Program-made: the position numbers and the translations under genes
Assembly: GCA_965230295.1 (NCBI GenBank)
Contig: OZ246001.1
Span: forward strand, 3,328,001-3,392,000
From: Marinicella sp.
GTDB taxonomy: Bacteria > Pseudomonadota > Gammaproteobacteria > Xanthomonadales > Marinicellaceae
Reading direction: 5' to 3'
Length of the DNA stretch: 64,000 bases
Notes under the pieces: model-generated
The model's database searches: none
Told to the model about the DNA's origin: nothing
What the model saw: the letters and a program-made list of their open reading frames with translations, nothing else
Shown here: positions 59,175-64,000 of the stretch, one piece after another
Layout of the letters: each line of letters begins with the position of its first letter
Position numbering within the stretch: position 1 is the first letter of the stretch

Positions 59175-60993
59175 CCTTTTGATAGCGGTTGTTGCGTATG
59201 AGGTTTTTTAGGTGTTGTTTGGCTTCTTCAGCAGACAAAGAACTTTGTGTGCTGATGATTTCCAGTAGGGTGTTTTCTACATCTTTGGCCATTCGGGTGG
59301 CGTCACCGCACAAATAAATATGGGCCCCTTGTTCTAACCAATGCCAAAGTTCGCTGGCTTTCGATTTTAATTTATCTTGTACATAGACTTTGTGGTCCTG
59401 GTCTCTTGAAAAAGCGACATCCAGTTGTTGTAAAAAGCCTGACTTTTGAAGTTTCAACCATTCTGTTTGGTATAAAAAGTCAGTGCTGAAATGCGGGTTG
59501 CCAAACACCAGCCAATTCTTGCCATTGGCTTGTTGGTGCTGACGTTGTTGAAGAAAAGAGCGGAATGGGGCAATGCCGGTCCCTGGACCAATCATGATGA
59601 TGGGGGTTTCAGGGTCGTCAGGCAATCTGAAATTGGCATTGGGTTCAACATACACTGAGACTTGATCACCCACTTGGGCCCCGTGACACAGCAAGCCACT
59701 GGCCAGCCCATAATGTCCTAGCGCTGTGGCCTCTTCAAGATTGATGGTGAGGTGCAATTCATCTTCTTCAATGCTTTGTGCTGAAGCGATCGAGTACAAG
59801 CGTGGAGTGATGCTTTTTAAATTCAATAAACTGTCTTGGATAGAAACTTTACGTTCAGGATCAAATGTAAGTAATAAATCCAGTAACTGATGATCCTGAC
59901 AGTAATCGGTATAGGCTTGATGAGAATTTGCCATGGCTTGCAGTTCCGTGTTGTTGATCTGGGTCGCTAAATACTGTACAAAGGGTTTGCTGATCTGAGT
60001 GATCTCGATGTGTTCAGTCAGCAGTTTTTTTACCTTTTCATTGTGGTTTTTGAAAGAGAGTTCTTCGTCGCCTTCCAGACCCCAGTGTTGCAATAGTTGC
60101 TCAACAGATTCATCACCATTGTGGGCCCAAACACCCAAAGAGTCACCTGGCTTGTATTGAATCACATTGGGATCAATAGCAAGTTCTAAATGAAAAGTGT
60201 TTTTGTCAGAACCCCTGCCAGTTATTTTTTGAATGGTTAAGATTTCTGCCAAATAAGGTTTTTGTTTAGAGGCCAATGTGTTTCCAGGTGCGTCTGCCAA
60301 GCCATGCAAAGGTAAAGCAGTGATGTTATTGGCATCGGGATTTTCTTGCTTAAGTTCTGATTCAATTTTGGGTAACAAGCCAGTGATCCATTGATTGGCA
60401 GGCTCTTCAAAATCGACATCACAATCAATGCGTTCATGAATCTGTGTTGCACCCAACTCACTCAACCTTTGATCAATTTCTTTACCAGTTTGACAATACA
60501 ACTCATAGCTGCTGTCACCCAATGCCAAAACACTGTATTTAATGGCAGATAAATCAGGTGCTTTGTTGCTGAATATTTGCTCATAAAATTGTTCCGCATC
60601 ATCAGGTGCTTCACCTTCACCATGGGTACTGATCACCAAAGATATGTGGGTTTTTTTGGCTAATTGTTTGGCTGTGATGTCTGCCAGTGAAAACAGCTCA
60701 GTTGCCAGACCTAAGGCCTCAGCTTGTGACTGGAGGTTCTTGGCCACGGATTCACCGTTGCCCGTTTGGCTGCCAAAAAGAATGGTTAATTTGTCTTTGT
60801 TGGCCCCTTTTTCCGATGTTATAACAGGCGTTGTCCCTGTGTTTGTAACACGTGCGGAAGCGGCTAAAAATCCTGACAACCAGAGCTTTTGGTCGGGATC
60901 TAATTGGTCCAGCAAGACATTCAATTGTTGCCATTGTTGGCTGTTGGTTTTGTTTTCAGGCCATTGCAACATGGCCAAAGTATTTAAGTTCAC
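59164..60993 (-). CDS. cysJ: Sulfite reductase flavoprotein
   Basis: GSQTGN flavodoxin, RLYSIAS, GPGTGIAPF, RYQKDVY. Confidence 0.97.
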   Translation of the reverse strand: MNLNTLAMLQWPENKTNSQQWQQLNVLLDQLDPDQKLWLSGFLAASARVTNTGTTPVITSEKGANKDKLTILFGSQTGNGESVAKNLQSQAEALGLATELFSLADITAKQLAKKTHISLVISTHGEGEAPDDAEQFYEQIFSNKAPDLSAIKYSVLALGDSSYELYCQTGKEIDQRLSELGATQIHERIDCDVDFEEPANQWITGLLPKIESELKQENPDANNITALPLHGLADAPGNTLASKQKPYLAEILTIQKITGRGSDKNTFHLELAIDPNVIQYKPGDSLGVWAHNGDESVEQLLQHWGLEGDEELSFKNHNEKVKKLLTEHIEITQISKPFVQYLATQINNTELQAMANSHQAYTDYCQDHQLLDLLLTFDPERKVSIQDSLLNLKSITPRLYSIASAQSIEEDELHLTINLEEATALGHYGLASGLLCHGAQVGDQVSVYVEPNANFRLPDDPETPIIMIGPGTGIAPFRSFLQQRQHQQANGKNWLVFGNPHFSTDFLYQTEWLKLQKSGFLQQLDVAFSRDQDHKVYVQDKLKSKASELWHWLEQGAHIYLCGDATRMAKDVENTLLEIISTQSSLSAEEAKQHLKNLIRNNRYQKDVY

Positions 60994-61204
60994 AGTGACA
61001 AGTATGTTTAAAGTTCCTGGAAGTTTAGACGGCTAAATCATACTTGTGAACTGCAATAAATCTATATGCTTATAGCTTTTAGTTATTTGAGAATAAATGC
61101 GGTGCAATCTTATGCGTTCCCAGCTGAGGTAGCGCACTTCATTGATTGGCTTAATAGGTTGTTGGTATATCGCATGAGCAGGCGGCAGCAGCGAAGTGTG
61201 TTGC

Positions 61205-61233
61205 CAACCACCCGAGGTTGCCTCAGGTGGTTG
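61205..61233 (-). terminator. 13-bp hairpin downstream of the SDR gene (no U-tract)
   Basis: Minus strand CAACCACCTGAGG-caa-CCTCGGGTGGTTG. Confidence 0.45.
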
Positions 61234-61244
61234 CTAAGTTCGAT

Positions 61245-62015
61245 TTACTTAGGTTCTAAGCGCACCGCACCGTCTAAACGGATGGTTGAACCATTGAGGT
61301 AGGTGTTTTCAATGATGTGCTCTGCCATTCTGGCAAACTCTTCAGGGGCACCTAAACGTGAAGGGAAAGGCACAGATGCACCCAATGCGGCTTTGATGTC
61401 ATCCGGTAAGCCAGCCACCATCGGAGTTAAAAATACGCCAGGGGCAATGGTCATGACGCGGATACCAAAACGCGTTAACTCACGAGCCATAGGTAAAGTC
61501 ATGCCCACAATACCACCTTTACTGGCAGAATAAGCTGCTTGTCCGATCTGACCTTCATAGGCTGCTACCGAGGCCGTATTGATGATCACACCACGTTGAC
61601 CATCTTCATCGGCCTCGTTGTGTTGCATCAAATTGGCTGCTGCTTTTGACAAGTTAAAGCTACCAACTAAGTTGACTTGTATTGCGCTGTTGAAATGGGC
61701 CAATGGCATGGGTTCTTCGCGACCCAAAACGCGGCCTCCAGCCAGTACGCCCGCACAGTTGATGGCCACATTGATGGAGCCAGCAAATGCCTTGGCTGCT
61801 TCACATGCGTTTTGTATATCAGTTTCAGAACTGACATCCGCTTTAAAGAAAGATGCTTGATCCTTGCCCAGTTTTTCAATGGCCGCATCACCAGCTTGCT
61901 GATTAATGTCTATCAGTGTGACTTGACCGCCGTTCTCAACGATGTGTTGAGCGCAGGCAAAACCAAGTCCAGATGCACCACCAGAAATGATGGCTTTGGT
62001 TTGTTTTAAGTTCAT
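61245..62015 (-). CDS. SDR, 3-hydroxyacyl-CoA dehydrogenase type 2 (HSD17B10-like)
   Basis: GGASGLG, NCAG, GQIGQAAYSASKGG, VPFPSRLG. Confidence 0.93.
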   Translation of the reverse strand: MNLKQTKAIISGGASGLGFACAQHIVENGGQVTLIDINQQAGDAAIEKLGKDQASFFKADVSSETDIQNACEAAKAFAGSINVAINCAGVLAGGRVLGREEPMPLAHFNSAIQVNLVGSFNLSKAAANLMQHNEADEDGQRGVIINTASVAAYEGQIGQAAYSASKGGIVGMTLPMARELTRFGIRVMTIAPGVFLTPMVAGLPDDIKAALGASVPFPSRLGAPEEFARMAEHIIENTYLNGSTIRLDGAVRLEPK

Positions 62016-62055
62016 GTTATTACTCTCAAAATCACACTTCCAACGCTGTGGTTGT

Positions 62056-63075
62056 TCAGTGTTCTTGTTTCAGTGGATGCATCAGATAACACAAACAGTC
62101 TAATCTGATGGCTTTGATGCTTTGGGTAATCATGGCTGGCACCACCTTTTGCTTGATGCGCACTTCATCACCATGTTGCTCGAAGTAGTGGTCAGTGATG
62201 TCGTGACCAATTTGATCGGTGACCGCAAAAGGCATGGGTAAATCCGATTTTGTGGTGCGACCGAATACTGTGCCGGCTTCAATCAAATGAAAATTTAAAT
62301 AATCCAGGTCGTCATTGATTAAGAAATCAACGGTTTCATTCTCATCGCCATCAATACCGATACTGATTTCAGGTTTTACTTTTACAGTAGAGAAAATATT
62401 CAGTACTTGTTGGTGTTCTGCCACACCTGGGATTCGTTTCAAAGTTGACAAGTGAATCAAGTTTTCCAGAAAGGTTAAAGTTTGTTCGATGCCATCTGCG
62501 GTACCTGACATGCCGCATTCAATGGTCACAGAAGGGCAAAAAGGTGCAAAAGCACCTGATTGGATGCCATCAGGGCTGGTGAAATGAATGATGGTTTCTG
62601 AGAATAATGAGGCGAGGTTTACAAATTCGCCATTCAGGGAATTGATCCCTGCATAGTGGGGGTTCCTGCCAGAATTGTTATGTATATCAATACTGGCAAA
62701 AGGTTTAATCTTTGCCATCATGTTGGTGATGTATGCCAATTTCTTGGCCACCTCATGGTTTTGTTTGTGTAAACCTGGCCAGCAGCGATTAAAGTCAGGT
62801 TGATTGGCCAATTGTCTGGTGTTCAATGCAGCAGCTTTCACATTGCCAAACAACAGGTATATGCTGCGTGGTAAATTTTTTTCATGGTTGGCAATCAAAG
62901 CTTTGATGGCATCCCAGCCGGTGACTTCATCGCCGTGTTGTAATATGGAAACAAACAAAGGCCTTTCAATTTTGCCTTTCAGGTGTACCAAGGTGTGGTC
63001 CTCAACAAATTCATGCAAGCGACTGGCGTCTACTTCCAGGATTCCTGCAGGTAATTGGTCAAGAATTTTTATCAT
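62056..63075 (-). CDS. M14-fold AstE/AspA-like deacylase
   Basis: HGDE, DFNRCW, IDIHNN, TIECG. Confidence 0.8.
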   Translation of the reverse strand: MIKILDQLPAGILEVDASRLHEFVEDHTLVHLKGKIERPLFVSILQHGDEVTGWDAIKALIANHEKNLPRSIYLLFGNVKAAALNTRQLANQPDFNRCWPGLHKQNHEVAKKLAYITNMMAKIKPFASIDIHNNSGRNPHYAGINSLNGEFVNLASLFSETIIHFTSPDGIQSGAFAPFCPSVTIECGMSGTADGIEQTLTFLENLIHLSTLKRIPGVAEHQQVLNIFSTVKVKPEISIGIDGDENETVDFLINDDLDYLNFHLIEAGTVFGRTTKSDLPMPFAVTDQIGHDITDHYFEQHGDEVRIKQKVVPAMITQSIKAIRLDCLCYLMHPLKQEH

Positions 63076-63458
63076 CGGGTTTTCAGTATTTTTTGGAACT
63101 TTTCTTTGGGTTTTTATTCTGATAATCGCATGTGCAAATACTCCAGCCAAACTATGTTCTGGGACACATGTAATAACAGCAAGCGATGATATTAAAGACC
63201 TGCGTACAAGTCAATGATTATTCACTTTGTGATGATTTATTGAATGATTTCTTAACAGTTATTAACAAGCTTTGAAGGGTTCCTTAAAATTGATCAAATT
63301 TTGGCTTGAAAATTAAAACAAATAACACTAAGTTTGCACAGGCTAAAAAATTCATCGTGTCGATGAAAATAACCCCATAGGGTGGGTACGAGATCTGGTT
63401 TTGATACCCAATCGACACATGGAAATTTTAATTTATTGAGAACAACAGAAGGAATGAC

Positions 63459-64000
63459 ATGATTGAATGTTTGAATTTAAGTAAAAAGTTTGGCCAGTTT
63501 ACCGCAGTCAATGACTTAACATTTACTGCCAACCAAGGTCAGGTACTTGGGTTTTTAGGGCCCAATGGTGCGGGTAAATCCACCACCATGAAAATGATCA
63601 CAGGTTTTTTGGAACCCACCGCTGGTGACATCAAAGTCTGCGGCATTGATATTTCTGAGAACCCGGTTGCTGTGAAACGCAAAATTGGCTACTTACCTGA
63701 AGGTGCGCCCAGTTATGGCGAAATGGAAGTGGGTCAATTTTTGAATTTCATTGCGGCCTTACGTGGTCTGGATGCCAACATGATAAAACCAGCAGTAGAA
63801 TCAGTGATTTCCAGGGTCAATCTAGAAAAAGTCTACTTTCAAAGGATTGAAACCCTTTCTAAAGGTTTTAAAAGACGGGTTGGTTTGGCACAAGCCATCA
63901 TTCATGACCCGGAAGTGCTGATTATGGACGAGCCAACAGATGGACTTGATCCGAACCAGAAGCACCAGGTCAGAGAATTGATTACAGACATGTCAAAGGA
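63459..64000 (+). CDS. ABC transporter ATP-binding protein, GldA-like (partial)
   Basis: Not in the ORF track. MIECLNLSKKFG...GPNGAGKSTTMK...LSKGFKRRVGLAQA..DEPTDGLDPNQ. Confidence 0.92.
   Translation, partial: MIECLNLSKKFGQFTAVNDLTFTANQGQVLGFLGPNGAGKSTTMKMITGFLEPTAGDIKVCGIDISENPVAVKRKIGYLPEGAPSYGEMEVGQFLNFIAALRGLDANMIKPAVESVISRVNLEKVYFQRIETLSKGFKRRVGLAQAIIHDPEVLIMDEPTDGLDPNQKHQVRELITDMSK

Noticed and set aside
61110-61175. Cys-sensing leader peptide before cysJ (minus strand MRYTNNLLSQSMKCATSAGNA)
   Set aside because: Single Cys, no SD and no attenuator hairpin downstream
63335-63420. c-di-GMP-I riboswitch
   Set aside because: Lacks the GGCAAAC, GNRA tetraloop and GACGCAAAGC signatures

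Overview
Mostly core chromosome of an AT-leaning (roughly 40% GC by eye) gammaproteobacterium. Gene order and a C-terminal 'DIIFKDNFD' secreted-protein tail suggest a Xanthomonadales/Marinicella-like marine lineage (inference). Housekeeping blocks: asmA, uvrB, aminotransferase-thiI, murA-ibaG, yrbG-kdsDC-lptCAB-hpf-ptsN-rapZ, folA-thyA, rpsT-murJ-ribF-ileS-lspA-ispH, the type IV minor pilin operon (fimT/U-pilVWXY1-Y2-like-pilE plus a second pilE), smpB-ratAB-bamE-fur-queD, tRNA-Ala/Glu/Glu, ispB, ffh, cysJIH and the start of a GldA-like ABC ATPase. No rRNA, CRISPR array, integrase or transposase is visible. Most notable: (1) an unannotatable two-gene operon (208-2365), a SAP/HeH-like orphan plus a wHTH/Zn-ribbon-alpha/beta-hydrolase-TM fusion, built like an anti-phage module; (2) rpoN is missing from its usual slot, which holds a 71-aa ORF with its own promoter that aligns without gaps to sigma54 Region I; (3) a repeat-rich islet (4855-6805) with inverted repeats bracketing a DUF4145 fragment and a trypsin-like gene; (4) a duplicated, charge-switched PilE whose promoter region shares a TGAC-N7-GTCA palindrome with a degenerate HD-GYP gene. 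All family calls are from motif recognition; no database search was run.
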